DNA of 64,000 nucleotides from Octopus sinensis. Its lineage: Eukaryota. Numbering within the stretch: position 1 is the stretch's first letter; every line of letters begins with the position of its first letter. The notes under the pieces are model-generated. The model was not told where the DNA came from. It ran no database searches and saw only the letters and a program-made list of their open reading frames with translations. The stretch covers positions 86,118,001 through 86,182,000 of the forward strand of contig NC_043003.1 of the NCBI RefSeq assembly GCF_006345805.1. The letters run 5' to 3'. Position numbers and translations under genes: made by a program. Of this stretch, positions 40,215-53,800 are shown piece by piece.

Positions 40215-40870
40215 AATCCTGCAACTCTTCTGTTTAATTTGGTGAATGCTGCCATAATCTTTGCCTTCAGTTCATCCTTGGTGTTACAAGGAGTTTTGTT
40301 GGTCTCTCGCAAAACTGCGCCCCACACATAAAAGTCAAGGGGGATTATAGTCTGGGGAGTTAGGAGGCCAGATATTAGTGGTGATGTGGTCGCAGAAATT
40401 GTCTGACAATCATGGCTAGGTTCTCCTGCTTGTGTGGCATGGTGCAGAGTCCTGTTGCCAGACATAGGGTCTTCCAGCAGCCACGCTCTTGACACAAGGC
40501 AGCACTGCCTCCTCTAGGCAGTTGATGTAGGCAGTTGTGTTGTGTGTGAGACTGTGTAGGAAGATTATTGGAGACATTCAAACTTCACGATGTTGACTGG
40601 ATGTTGATTTTAACCACTGTCGGTACGTGTCTTCAGATTGCACTGTCATCAGATTGATACCCAAACACTGAAATATTCGTTTTAGAGATTCCTGCGTGAA
40701 CGTCAAGTAGTTGAGAATGTAGTTTCCAAATTTATGGCAGAATGAATTGCGTCATGGTACTGTTTTTCTCACAGACGGTGCCCGATTGACGCACATGTAC
40801 GAAATAAAACAAATATAAGCAAAACACTTCGGGCTAGAAAAAGTTAGAAACTTCACTTGGGTCTCGTACT
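40215..40870 (-). mobile_element. maT/DD37D transposon, internally deleted
   Basis: YINCLEEAVLP..VAAGRPYVWQQDSAPCH-...-WPPNSPDYNPLDFYVWG with D-x37-D spacing counted by hand. The 5' part matches 14290-14340. Confidence 0.85.
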
Positions 40871-41301
40871 TACATCGCCTGTAGACATGACAGGCATTCT
40901 GCTATGTTACAGATGCGTAAGCAATCCAGCACTTGTTCGCCAGCAGTGAAGGGACGAAAACTAACACAAAGACATGCACACACGCATACGTAAATATAGG
41001 CGCACATAAATACACACATGCACACAAGAGACTGCAACAGTTTCCCTCTACCAAATCCACTCACAAGGTATTTATCGACCTAGGACAAGAGGAGAAAACA
41101 CTCGCCCTATTGCTGCGCTGTGAGACTGAACCCAAGACCACATCGTTGTGAAGCAAACTTCTTAACCACACAGCCAAAGGACAATTTCCGCATAGAATTG
41201 ACCACAAAACCACGCCTGTAGAGAAAAATACTTATACTATCGTTTCAACATTTTTGTCAAATACATCAAATATATTTTAAAGGTTTATTTGAAATACTCA
41301 C

Positions 41302-41445
41302 AGTTGCTTCAAATTGTGTAGATGTTGCACTGATTCAAACACTTGAGATGTTAAATTGTTTTTACTGAGCCAAAGGGTAGTTAAAGATGTAACATTTCTG
41401 AAGGTATCTTTTGGAATATGGCGAATGTGATTGTCGTTAAGATCT
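41302..41445 (-). CDS. Internal coding exon of a leucine-rich-repeat protein gene (2 LRRs), downstream duplicate
   Basis: 144 bp, tttacag acceptor and gtgagt donor, phase 2-2, open frame DLNDNHIRHIPKDTFRNVTSLTTLWLSKNNLTSQVFESVQHLHNLKQL. Confidence 0.85.
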
Positions 41446-43938
41446 CTGTAAAAGGTATGAGAAATTATAGCATTTAAATGTTCATCCGTTTTTATAGTTA
41501 TTTGAATAAGAACAAAATGAGTCATTATAGAATAGATTGCATACTTTATATCCAGGCAAATAGTTAAAAAGACCCTGGAAAGGAAAATGATAATGATAAT
41601 GCAAACAAGAAAATGAATTGTAGATATAAATAGTTGGATGGAAATGAAGATTTTTTTGTTTCCTTTCCTTTTCCTATACTTATCTAAACCAACCCCTATG
41701 TACTTGTGGGACTCGAACTTACATTTCCTACCATTGTATGAAAGAAATCCCTCGAATTCCAATGTCCATTCTATAAAGTTTCTAAAATGGATAGAGGAAT
41801 TCGAATGTTTGCTTACATATAATGGTAGAAATTCTGTTATGTGTACAGTAGGTGGAGATTCTAATCGCACGGACGGTCTTCGACTATTTCTATCAAGGAC
41901 AATTTTTCCAACTATATTTACATGATAAGAAAAACATGAGTCTCATTCTTTGACGATTCATTTTAAACTGAAAAAAACTTCCAGTTGCGCTGAAATATTT
42001 TGGTCAATGTTAAATTTGATAATTTTCACGGGACTATTATTAGAAGACATTACTTAAGTGTATACGATGGCTAACTGACAGTTCGTAGTACATAATATCA
42101 TATGAGATATATTCAGCCGATTATAGTGTTCTTGCTTGCAATTCAGTAACTTTCAGCTAACAGTCAAATTTATATATAAAATGGTTGCAATTAATTTAAC
42201 CTCCTTTCCGCTTTCTGTAGTGTAGTACATATACACCGGTTCCTCTAACTGATACTTTTCATTTAAACAATTCGTAATAGAAGACGCTTTTGTTGGATTT
42301 CGGTTGAACTGACTTTGTTATATTAGTTTCGATTATCTTATTCAGAACAACATATATTAAAGAGAAAGTGAAACTCGAAAGGGCAAGAGTGGATGCTGAA
42401 AAGCATTTTGTGCAGGGATAGATCATATTGTCAACTGAATGTCTTACACAATTTTCTTGACATTATGACAGAATCTTTTTACGTTTGGTCAGTTTAGCCT
42501 TTCACGCTATTAGTTAAAACAATGTACCAGTTAAAACAATGTACCAGTCAAGTAGTGAGGTTGATGGCATCTATAATCCCCTTCCACTTAAAACTACTAA
42601 TCTTGTATCAAAATCAAAATCGATTATTTAAGTTGATTCCTCCAAAAATGCATAAAATCATCGAAACATTAGTTTGTTATTAGGTACAAGCCACTCGTTA
42701 TAGAGAAGATTTATTATAGATTCGACGGTAACCCATTGGCCTATAACTGTTGGCTGTAGTATATTACCAGTATAAAAAATTGCTACTATATAGTATTGGT
42801 AGTGAATGCACATGGTCTAGGGGTTAGGGTGTTGGGCTTGCAACCATTAATTCGCTAGTTCGGATCTCGGACCAGGTGATGTGTTGTGTAACTGCATAAG
42901 ATACCGCGTTTCCCATTGTTTCAGTACATCAGCATTCAACCGAAAATGTTACATAGTCAGCGCCTTGCTAAGAGAGGGACGACTGCAATGTATTGGCCTC
43001 TCATTCACAAGGGAGCCTTGTAACTTGTAGCCTAAATGTCTTGAAAACCCTATTTAGTTCCGGCTTCATGAATTTGTAGGCTCAAGGCGGGCATATTTAT
43101 TATTGCTGTTCGTTTCATCAGCTCCGAAGACATAAAAAGGTAAAGTCAACGCCGCTGGTGTTTGAGTACAGAACGTTGATGGATATAATTGGTAATGAAT
43201 CTAATAGTCCGAACTCCACTTACCATAATAATGAGGAGGATAAAGAGAGAGAGAAAGAGAGAGCGGGGAGTGAGAGAGAGAGGGGGAGGTCAAAGAGAAA
43301 GTGACAGAAAGACAAAGATAGGGATAGAGTGAGAAACTGCATTGTTGTTTGGTTGTGAGTAAATGCATTAGGAAGACACAAAAGGTGTGGTGCATAAAAG
43401 CTGGGAGATAGAATGGGTGAGTGAGTGAGAGAGAGAGAGAGAGAGAGAGTGAGTGAGAGAGAGAGAGAGAGCAGATTATGGTATGAAGGGCTCATATTTT
43501 AAAGTCTGGTACTCATTCGTTGAACTTGAGGCAAAACCGCTATGTTTCAGCGTTAGCAATCCAGCACCTGTTGGCCCGCGATGAGGGAACGAAAACAACT
43601 ATAAAGACGCGCAAACACGAATGCGTAAATATAGGTGCACATAAATACGAATATGCACACAATACACTGCAACAGTTTCGCTCAACCAAATCCACTCACA
43701 AGGTATTTGTCGATCTAGGACGTGAGGAGAAAACACCCGCTCTATTGCTGCGCTGTGAGACGGAACCCAACACCACGTCGTTGTGAAGCAAACTTCTTAA
43801 CCACACAGCCACAGAACAATTTCCGCATAGAATTGACCACAACGCCATGCCTGTAGAGAAAAAAACACTTATTCTATCGTTCCACAGTTTTTGACAAATA
43901 CAGTAAATATATTTTAAGAGTTGATTTGAAATACTCAC

Positions 43939-44082
43939 AGTTGGTCCAGGTTGCTTAGATGTTGCACTGATTCAAACACTTGAGATGTTAGATTGTTTTT
44001 ACTGAGCCAAAGGGTAGTTAAAGATGTAACATTTCTGAAGGTATCTTTTGGAATATGGCGAATGTGATTGTCGTTAAGATCT
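43939..44082 (-). CDS. Internal coding exon of the same LRR gene, upstream duplicate
   Basis: 144 bp, ttttgcag acceptor and gtgagt donor, ...QVFESVQHLSNLDQL. 7 nt differences from 41302-41445. Confidence 0.85.
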
Positions 44083-44198
44083 CTGCAAAAGTCATGAAAA
44101 ATATAGCATTTAAATGTTCATCCATTTTTATAGATATTTGAATAAGAACGAGACGAGTCATTATAGAATAGATTGCATGCATTCTAGTCGGGCAAATA

Positions 44199-44763
44199 AT
44201 GGGTTGTCCGGAAAGTTTGTGCCGATTTATAGTAGCTTACATTTCGATTTATTTTAGAACATGTTTTAGTCCATAAAATAGGATTTGGCTACACCTCCAT
44301 TTAGAGCACAGTTTAAACTATCTTTTCGTGGAAGAAGGTTTATGTTCCTATAACCTGTGCTAATTCTGTAACCCTTCAAAATGGAAGACAGGAAAGTTCA
44401 TTTTCGGCACTTGATGCTTTGGGAACCAGACAAAAATTGCTGCAGCTCGGCTGTGATGTGTTACCCCATCCTCCATATTCACTAGATATTGCTCCTTCGG
44501 ATTTCCACTTATTCAGGTCTCTCAGAATAGTCTTAATGGTAAAAATTCCAATTTCTTAGATGACGTAAAAAGATAATTTGATGAATTCTTTGCCATGAAA
44601 CCAACTCAATTCTGGGAAGAGGGTATTTTCAAGTTAAAGGAAAGATGGAGACACATTGTGCAACAAAATGGTTCATATTTGGTTCATTAAAAATGTAATG
44701 GCAAGTATTTATTGACCATTTTCTTTCCTTTAAAAGTCGGCACGAACTTTCCGGACAACCTAA
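44199..44763 (+). mobile_element. Internally deleted mariner (MITE-like) with TIRs and TA target duplication
   Basis: TIR ggttgtccggaaagtt.gtgccga at both ends. MEDRKVHFRHLML is fused to TRQKLLQLG.DVLPHPPYSLDIAPSDFHLFRSL. Empty site in block A. Confidence 0.9.
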
Positions 44764-45469
44764 TATTTTAAAAACTCAGGAAAGGAAAATGATAATAATG
44801 TAAACAAGAAAACAATGAATTGTAGATATAAATGGTTGGAAATGAAGGTTTTCTTTTGCTTTCAATCTTATATTTATCTAAACTAACCGATATGTACTTG
44901 TTAATTAAGGTGGAAATGTGTTGTCCATTAGTTCCATGTTGTATTGTCATAGGAAATACAATGAAAGAAGCAGCGATTTAGTTCAAAATATATTCTTCCC
45001 TTTTGCTTAGGAAACGTGACTATTATGCAAGTTATTAATGGAGACATAAAGTCATAGAATGCAGGATAAGATTGTTGACTTCATTTTGTACTCGGCCACA
45101 CATATATGCAAAATGGAAATTGAAATACGTCGTTTCTAGCTTTCCTCAGGGCGTTTGAAATTACTTATGAGTAATTACTTGAAGTTACTTGTGAGTAATA
45201 GAAGTGTGATATTTCAAGCTTACTATGTGTAAACTAGATGCTGAAAATAAACAATGTAAATTATAATTACAAGCAATGGAAGAAGCGGGGTGGGGGAGCA
45301 CGAGGTTCTTTTATTCTATTTTTCGTTTGTTCTTTGATTTGTTTCGGCCTTTGAATTGCGACTATGCTGGGATACAATTTAGCGGCTTTAGTTTGAAAAA
45401 GTCAAATCCAGTACTTCTTTTTAAGTATAATATTTATACTATCTTTCACTTTTTGTCGAACCGCTATGT

Positions 45470-45512
<43 letters not shown>

Positions 45513-45516
45513 ATAT

Positions 45517-45597
<81 letters not shown>

Positions 45598-45669
45598 AGC
45601 AAAGTAGCTCGTTAGAACATCTTGATAAGGGATGAAAGTAGTAATTATACTGAGAAGTAATGTTTATTA

Positions 45670-45960
45670 CTACATCAATATGGATGTTCGACGTTAATTC
45701 CGAGTTAACTCCAGGCAGACCCTCCGCCAGCTGTTTACTGGTGCAACTTGCACCCTGTATATATTACAAGTAGGGGAGCAAACCCCTACCATCTTTAGCA
45801 AACTATGGGATCACGAAACCGAACGGATTCGGGCTATTTGTGCCCGTCTTCAGTCGTGACCACCCGACCTCTAGAAATAGCGGGAATTCGCTCCAGCTTG
45901 CGATACATAGAAAATTAAGGGACCATCAGTCACTGATCTTGCAACAAGCAAAGTAGCTAG
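45670..45960 (-). mobile_element. Diverged family B hammerhead repeat copy
   Basis: Shares gaccatcagtcactga, gcaacaagcaaa and ccaggcaga..ctccgccagctg with 10480-11237. Confidence 0.7.
45811..45859 (-). ncRNA. Type I hammerhead motif (family B) with A15.1>U
   Basis: tcacga-CTGAAGA-C-GGGC-acaaata-GCCC-GAAT-CCG-tt-CGG-TT-tcgtga. Confidence 0.65.
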
Positions 45961-47712
45961 TTTGAAAAACGGTAGTGTCGTCGAACAGCGATATTGATGT
46001 GGCAATAAACATTACTTTGAGGGATATTAGTTCGAGTTCTATGGCTGGTTGTTGACACATTTTTCCGCTTTGTAAGCATAATTTACCCAGTATTTCAGCT
46101 GTTCTAACGGCAATTCTGCATTCTAGAAAATATAGTTTAATTTGTATTATTCAATATATACATATATACGACAAGCTTCCACTCAGTTTCTACCTCTCAA
46201 ATCACTCGGCCCAAGTGTATGCTAAAAGGCACTTTACCCCAGGTGCCGCGCAAGAGGTTGAACCTGAAACCACATAATTGTGAAACGAACTTCTTAACTA
46301 CAATATGGCATTTCCGCCTTTCTTGCCCATGCAAGCCATGCTTATGAAGAATATGCTTGTATATTCTCCATCAGAGAAATTAGTACAAATCTTTAAAATT
46401 AACTAATTAAATAATTACAGGCACATTAAGCTGTGTACATTTATAATTAATGCATTCAAGTATAACATGCAAACGTGAGAAGTCCTTCATTTGAGTAACT
46501 GCTCCAAAAGAGAACATAATATATACAATGTACTTCAAAAAATACCTAGCTGGTAATTAGAATGTAGGATTATTATGAAGCAGTAAGTATGTATGTGGAT
46601 TTATGAATTGCAGTAAGGTCTGTTAAATGAATCCAAGGTGGATTAATAATAAACAAATTCAGAAACAAATTGCAATAGGCTACAAGGAAATATTTATTAC
46701 AACTCCAGAAATTTGATAAAGCAAACTGGTAAGATATTTCAATTGTCAAAACATTATATATATTTAAATGTTCATCAAAATGTAGGATAGAGGTGAAAGA
46801 AAAACCTGAATTACAGTATCACAATATTTCTGGTTACTTCTATTCAAAAGTTGGTAGAACGCAAAGCATAACGTCAAGGATTCTGACTTGAAATTTGTTC
46901 AAACTGAAAACTGCAGAGTGAAATCAAAATTTGATTTCATATCAAGGTCCCAGGTCGCTCGTAGCAAAATTCTCCTTTCTGGGGACTTGGTGAGCCAGAA
47001 CTTCCCATTTTATAACTGACGAAGAGACATCAGGCTCGTCCATCACGTGAAATATGTGGGCGATTCAAGTAAAACTAAATGGATCCGACCATCACGTGGT
47101 GCACCAAAATGGGTAGTTAAAAGTAAAAAGTTACGATGTGGGCTGGTGAAGTTCACGAATGCTCTTACTGCCGCCACAATCGGCTTCAGAATATCAGTAG
47201 ATACTTCTAACAGGTAGCAAAGAATTCTTATCAGTTAACACAAAGAGTTTTGATACTAAATTTTAGCTCAAGATAGCCCATTGAAAATCCACTAATAATC
47301 TATGAACTAAGCAAAACAAATTATGCACACAGCATTTTACTGGTGTATTAAGTAACGTCAGCAAAATATAGAATACTTCCTCACACAAAGACTTTTAACA
47401 AGGCTAAATGCATTTTCGTTTGTGAAATTTCACAAATCGAGACTGAACGACACAGATGATTATTATAACGTGTTTAATACAGAAAAACAAAAGCACCTGA
47501 ACGGTAAAACAAATTGATACTAGTCATCAATCCTATTGGGGGAAAACTATGAACACATGGTCTTCTGTGTGCTTTCTCTGTTAAGCAGGTAAATGTAACA
47601 AGCATGTTATTTACCCAGTGCATATATCCCAGTAAGTCAACTACTGTGGGGAAAAATTCCGTTTCATGTTTGGTGTAGTTAGCAATCTAAAAGTTATGAG
47701 ATATTTGCAAAA

Positions 47713-47713
<1 letters not shown>

Positions 47714-47743
<30 letters not shown>

Positions 47744-48055
47744 CTTCTTCTTCTTCTTCTTCTTCTTCTTCTTCTTCTTCTTCTTCTTCTTCTTCTTCTT
47801 CTCCTTCCTCCTCCTCCTCCTCCTCCTTCTCCGTCTTCTTCTTCTTCTCCTCCTTCTCCGTCTTCTTCTTCTTCTTCTTCTTCTTCTTCTTCTTCTTCGT
47901 CTTCTCCTTCTCCTCCTACTTCTTCGCCTTCTCCTTCTCCTCCTACTTCTCCGTCTTCTTCTTCTTCTTCTTCTTCTTCTTCTTCTTCTTCTCCGTCTTC
48001 TTCTCCTCCTCCTTCTCCGTCGTCTCCCCCCTCCTCCTCCTTCTTCTCATACTCC
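47714..48055. repeat. (CTT)n/(CCT)n microsatellite
   Basis: Direct reading. Source of the poly-L/P/S ORF. Confidence 0.95.
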
Positions 48056-48289
48056 TTCTTTGTTTTTCGTCGTCGTCATCATGCTCTTCACTGATTTGTT
48101 TAAGTGAGCATATACACCTCTTCTTATGGCATAATACGCAAAAATAACTCCATTTTTCTTTCATTCTGATTTTTAACCCAGAATGATATATGCTTATTAG
48201 ATTGCTCACCTGTACTGTTGTTTAGAACCAAATTTGGTTTGATAAACAGATAAATGACGGTCAAATATAAATCTTCCTCAGTTGTCATC

Positions 48290-48690
48290 TTTATCATGTT
48301 CATCACAACCACCATCACCACCATCCTTCACCTTATCCTCTTCGTCGTTGTGGTCAACACCACCACTAATACCACTACCATCATCAACAACAACGACAAC
48401 GAAAATAACAACAATAACAACACCAATACAGCCACTACTATCACCACCACCCTTCTTATCTTCCTCATCGTCGTCACCATCATCATTATAACCACAATTA
48501 CTACCACCACCTTCACCTTCCGTATCATCATCGTCAGCAGCAACAGCAGCAGTAGCTCAACGATTACCACCACCATTTTCACCACCGCCACCACCACCAC
48601 CACAATAACAACAGCAACAACAGACAAACAAAGCAACAGAACGACAACAGCAAAAAACAAACAGTAATGATAACAACACAAACAACATCA
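48290..48690. repeat. Degenerate (CAC/CAA/CAT)n low-complexity tract
   Basis: Direct reading. Confidence 0.9.
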
Positions 48691-48934
48691 TCTGTAACTT
48701 AGAAGGAATTTAATTGACTTCAAAGAGGAATTGAAATCGTGTTTAACGAGGATATCGGTTAGATTTTACTTGTGAGTCAAGTACCTTTCTTGTATTGTTG
48801 TGGATGAAGAATATGAAGTTGAAACTAGCTAATGAGACATGTTCTGAATAATTGATGGTTGTATAATAATGAAATACGTTGAGTTAACCATAGTATATAG
48901 GATACGTTTTAGCGTAGAAGGTAATATCTCGGAA

Positions 48935-49245
48935 CGCCCAGCCAGTCAGTTGTTTATTATGAATAGTCTCATATACACACTTTGGAAGAACAGGTAGTGG
49001 TGACTTTCTAATGTTCGGTCGAATACGAGGGCGTCAATGCCCAGCCAGTCAGTGGGTTATTATAAGTATAAATCTTACCTTAGTCTTATATAAACCTTTT
49101 AGAAACGCAGTTAGTGGCGACTTTCTGATGTTTGGTCGAATAGGAGGACATCAGCGCCCAGTCAGTCAGGTTTATTATAAGTATAACTCGTACCTCAGTC
49201 TTATAGACACTATTTGGAAAAGCAGTTGTAACGACTTTCTGTATG
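48935..49245. repeat. Diverged ~115-bp tandem repeat (~2.7 units)
   Basis: gactttct at 49002, 49119 and 49233; cgcccag.cagtcag recurs. Confidence 0.7.
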
Positions 49246-50949
49246 GAAGCCATGGGCACAAGTGCGGTTAAAGGTGATCGCGGCTGTGGATCTCAGATGT
49301 TGTGGCAAATGTGATTGTGTTTCATTTTAATCTTTTCCTATTCGAGTGCTTAGGTGAATATATCCGTTCACGGAAGGTCATTTTTGTTTTCTCATATTTA
49401 TTGGTTATAGCTCAATAAAGAAAACATTTGTTTCTTTCCATGAGGCAAACTGATTCAAAAGGAAGAGAAAAACTGTAAGTTGTCATGTTAACGATTTAAA
49501 AACTTTAGTCTTAAAAATTAACTTGGATTAATGAAATACTGAAGTGAAATACTAAAATGAAATATTTATGTCCCACTTCAGAAGATCATATCTTTATACA
49601 GAGTACTTATCAACCAAAGTCACTGCTGGGCATGCGCCGACTTGAATAGCTTTTGGTGTTAATCAAAACCGAACTACAGATAGTTGGTTGGAAGCCTAAA
49701 CGTTGGTTAACAACACTCAGCTCGCTAGTAAGAATGAGATATTGGCCCTCTTTGGTCTATGAAACACAGCCTCTCAAGATATCGACAACTGGCATTTTGA
49801 TGATAGAATGAATTGACTTAACCACGTATAGAAGAATCATAATTTTAATTTAATATAAAACAATAATTCAATATAATTTTATTCCTTAATATGAATGTAA
49901 TGAGATTATATTATAGGAGATTGAATATCGAAACTGAATAACTACATAGCGTGTGAATTACTTGAGAAATTCGTACTTTGTTTGAAATTAATATAATCTT
50001 TAAAACTGATATCTTAATTAGATTTCATATTTCATATGTAGCGAAAATCAACGTTAAAATGGTTGCACACAAAGAGAAATTATGGCGAACAAATTAAAAG
50101 ATATAAAATATCAGAATGAAATAACAATGAGCAGCATTGAAATAACTATAGCCATTTAATGTCATTTAAAGTTTAGCCAGACAAGAAAGATTGGATCTTC
50201 ACATGCCCAGGTTTCTCTGAGACTAGTGGCTTAATTTAGATTATGCATAATCGTTGTTTAGCTACAAAGAAATTCTGATTAAGGAAATCCGGATCAAATG
50301 CATTACAGCTATTCATCCCGTCTTGTAGGGAGTATCTACGCCTACATTATCTTATGTGCTCTTGCTTTTGTGAGCTATAAGAGTGTGCCTTGAGGGCGAT
50401 TTTGCTGTTATTTTCAGCAATTGGAGCGACAACGTTGAGATCTCTACATTTGGTCGACTAATTGCTAATTTAATCTTCTACCGGTCGACGTCTGCAGGAG
50501 AAAACAAAACTAGAAAGAAGGAATACGCATAATGGCTAGCGTCTGATTTGGGGATTTGGGGAGACAGACGTGGAGCTCGTATGCAGCTAACTAGCTTCAA
50601 AAGATCAAATGCAGATAGAGTAGCAACAGAAGAGATTGAATGAGGATGTTGTGTATCTCTGGGCCCTTTGCCATTTAGCTGAGATATTGTAGTACTAATA
50701 TAATAGAGAGATTAAGGAGATAGTGCGTCAATGGACTCGAGGCTGTTTCAGTGTTATACATATCTATGTTATTTATGAGAAGATCAACCACGGCCAGACG
50801 TTTATAACTAGAAAAAAGAAAACTGTTGCTTATGTATGATAGAATAATTTCTAAATAAGAAATCATTCTCGCATCCATATACTTTTAGATGCAACTAAGG
50901 CTATTCGTGCGTATAGCAGCAGCAGCATCGTAAAGAGGCGATCAGTCTG

Positions 50950-52240
50950 TCATTGTATATCTTAATTGAACTTAAAGAGAGCCAAAAGACGATCAGAGCT
51001 GAGGTGTTTTCTGGCTATGAAAAAAGGAGGCTGGAGTTTGGGCCACAAATTTTTGGATGTTTTTAATGTAAGGTTATCACAAGAGATCATAACAGGTTGT
51101 GATCATAACATTTCTCGTAATACAGATGATTTTACTTGTGTTGTTTTCCAAAAAATAGAGAGGGTGGCGTGGAAGACTTTTTCTATGATATATGCATTAA
51201 GTGTATCTTCGTGCTAGTGAAGAACCATAATAGACCTTTTCTATCTCAGTTTGTCGGGAGTTCAGTCGTAACTCTACGGAACTTGACACAGAAACTAAAA
51301 ACATAAAAGACGTAAGATGAAAGTTTTGACGGCAATGAAATGGTCGATGAATCGACCGTATTATATGGATTGTTCTTTTACAGAACCCTGACTGATTAAA
51401 AGTAAACTCAGCTTTACAGGATTTGAACTCAGAAAACAAAAGGAAGTGCCAACTATTATAAGACATACAGTCTTCCCTTTCTACAATATCTCCCACTTCT
51501 CCGAGTTCTAGTTTAGAATTTATTCTATCATCTATACACAAATAAATTACTGGTCGCAGTAAATTATCACATGATCAAGAACAACACTCAAACAACCTTG
51601 GGTACAAAGACACGCTGTCTCTTCAACCTGTCTCTCATTACACCAACGGCTTCTATCACTTCCAGGTAGCATGCTACCCAGTGGCCCTGGAACGAAATTT
51701 GCAAACTCAGGTCCAAGTTCTTTTACAAACAAAGCTGATCTTTTCTCAATCTTAATATCAAAACAAACACAGGTATAATATTATTTTTTATTATTATACA
51801 AGTAATGCTTCAAATCACTCCCAAAACTTTTCTACACTCACTTGTTTTGCCGAGAGTTTTTGCCGAAGTTTTCCAAGAGAATGTCCAAAGTTTTTCATTG
51901 CACAAGATTTATGTACATGCATTACAACACAGTGTGTCAAACGATGTTGCGTCATTGTGGTATGGAGTCAGATCTTCAACCAGCAAAATGTGCTGAACAT
52001 TCGCTCGCTTGATGCAACAGACACAGGCTTGCAGTATGATGACATTTTCATCACAAAGACTGGTCTATTGCGCTCTCAGAAGAATGATGATTCGGTGAAC
52101 AAAGTTCAAGCATTAGTGACCATGGTCACCTTAGGTCCAACCTCTTGGATGACAAGGTCCAGAGAGTGGTTTCCGCTGTGTATAAAATATGTACCAGGAA
52201 ACATGTGTTTTAATCACTTTTGTATATCTTAAATGTTTCC
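50950..52240 (-). pseudogene. Degenerate RTE-like LINE ORF remnant
   Basis: Patches resembling PGP.G...VPK and NQSGFCK.T..I. Heavily disrupted. Confidence 0.45.
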
Positions 52241-53380
52241 CCTTATGGTGCAAGCGCCATCAAAACAAAAAGCAACATAATTCTGAGCCCAGATCAATGT
52301 TGAATCAACAAAAAACATCCAGAATAACGTTGCTTAGTGTCTCCGAAGTGTAGTCAGGAGAAAATATTTGAGAACCTATTGGTTTTCAGAAACATAACGA
52401 CAATAATTGATTCCTGTTTCATGCCAGAGCAATCACATATAATACCGATAAACATGATATCTTTATCCTTTTTTATGATCTCATGTAGGGTGTTATGATC
52501 GTATGCCTCTAGCATTTCATCTTGTATGATAGCAGCTTGGAATTTACTCGCCGTTTAAGCCGCTGAATTACTGGAGAATTACTATCTCCATCAAGGTACG
52601 CCCAACACACCTATCTACCTTATCATGCTATTGGTACGCATATTGTGTTGTCTTCCCTTGCAATTCTAACTTCTCAGAACGCCACCGCACTAGAATTGTG
52701 CACTCGCCCTTATGTCGACTTACAGATGTTCAAAACAGAACATCAGCTGTTTTAATCGTAACAGTTTCGGAAGACGTGCTGAAGTCATAGGAAGAGACTG
52801 AACTATATAAAAACCCTATAGTCCTAATAAGTTTTAGGGACAGCATTTGAAGGCTTCACGCAGAATGGTGAAAACAGATTAGCTTAGTGAAACACAAAAT
52901 TACATGCAAATTATTGACAACAACAGAAAATCAAAGTAAGGAAGAGAAGGGATCTCTTTTTGTTAGTCTTTATCTGAGAAAAGCTTTCAAATTATATTAA
53001 GAGAGAATATATACAGCTAGGGGTAATGAGGAAGAGTTCATCTATTGGGGAATAGCGGTCAAGTTTTTCTAAAATTTCAAACAAATAACTTTATGAATAA
53101 TTATGAGACTTCATCTCAATTTAATGCTTGTAGTTCAGAACAAGAGACATTGAGAAATCCTTTATGAGGTAACTCGGCCTACTGGTAATAACAGACAAAT
53201 TACAGTTTTCAAAAGAAAAGCACGCCTCGGATAATGTATTCCTAAGTAGTCACCCATCAAAAAGATGTGACGGTCACAGCTGAATACCTTCGCCATTGGT
53301 CTAATCAAACAAAATTTACTTAACAACGACGACGACAACAACGAAAAGAACAATTAAGACGACGATAATAACGACAACAG

Positions 53381-53709
53381 TGAGGACGCGTGGCTTAGTG
53401 GTTAGGGCATTCGGCTCATGATCGTAAGGTTGTGAGTTCGATTCCCGGCGACGCGTTGTGTCCCTGAGCAAGACACTTTATTTCACGTTGCTCCAGTCCA
53501 CTCAGCTGGCAAAAATGAGTTGTACTTGTATTTCAAAGGGTCAGCCTTGTCACTCTCTGTGTCACGCTGACTTTCCCCGAGAACTACGTTAAGGGTACAC
53601 GTGTCTGTGGAATGCTCAGCCATTTGCACGTTAATTTCACGAGCAAGCTGTTCCGTTGATCGTATCAGCTGGGACCCTCGTCGTCGTAACCGGCGGAGTC
53701 TTTTTTTTT
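53381..53709 (+). mobile_element. tRNA-derived SINE with central domain resembling the Meta-type core, T-run end and 14-bp TSD
   Basis: A box TGGCTTAGTGG, B box GAGTTCGATTCCC, core cctgagcaagacacttt...ctccagtccactcagctg. TAATAACGACAACA at 53366-53379 and 53709-53722. Confidence 0.85.
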
Positions 53710-53800
53710 AATAACGACAACAACTGCAGCACAACAGAAAATACCATTGTATAGTTATTTATCATAATTGTTTTATCTGAGACTTTACTCTTCTTTATTA

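Larger units (their letters stand above)
40899..44905. repeat. Segmental tandem duplication: block A 40899-41708 and block B 43538-44905, each with an LRR exon and a SINE fragment
   Basis: Collinear similarity by eye. Block B is longer because of the mariner insertion. Confidence 0.85.

Noticed and set aside
47016-47040. CTGACGA-A-GAG...CTC motif
   Set aside because: No GAAA after the stem and no cleavage triplet.
47666-48681. Poly-Leu/Pro/Ser and Thr-rich mucin-like ORFs
   Set aside because: Trinucleotide microsatellites, open in several frames, with no splice or domain support.
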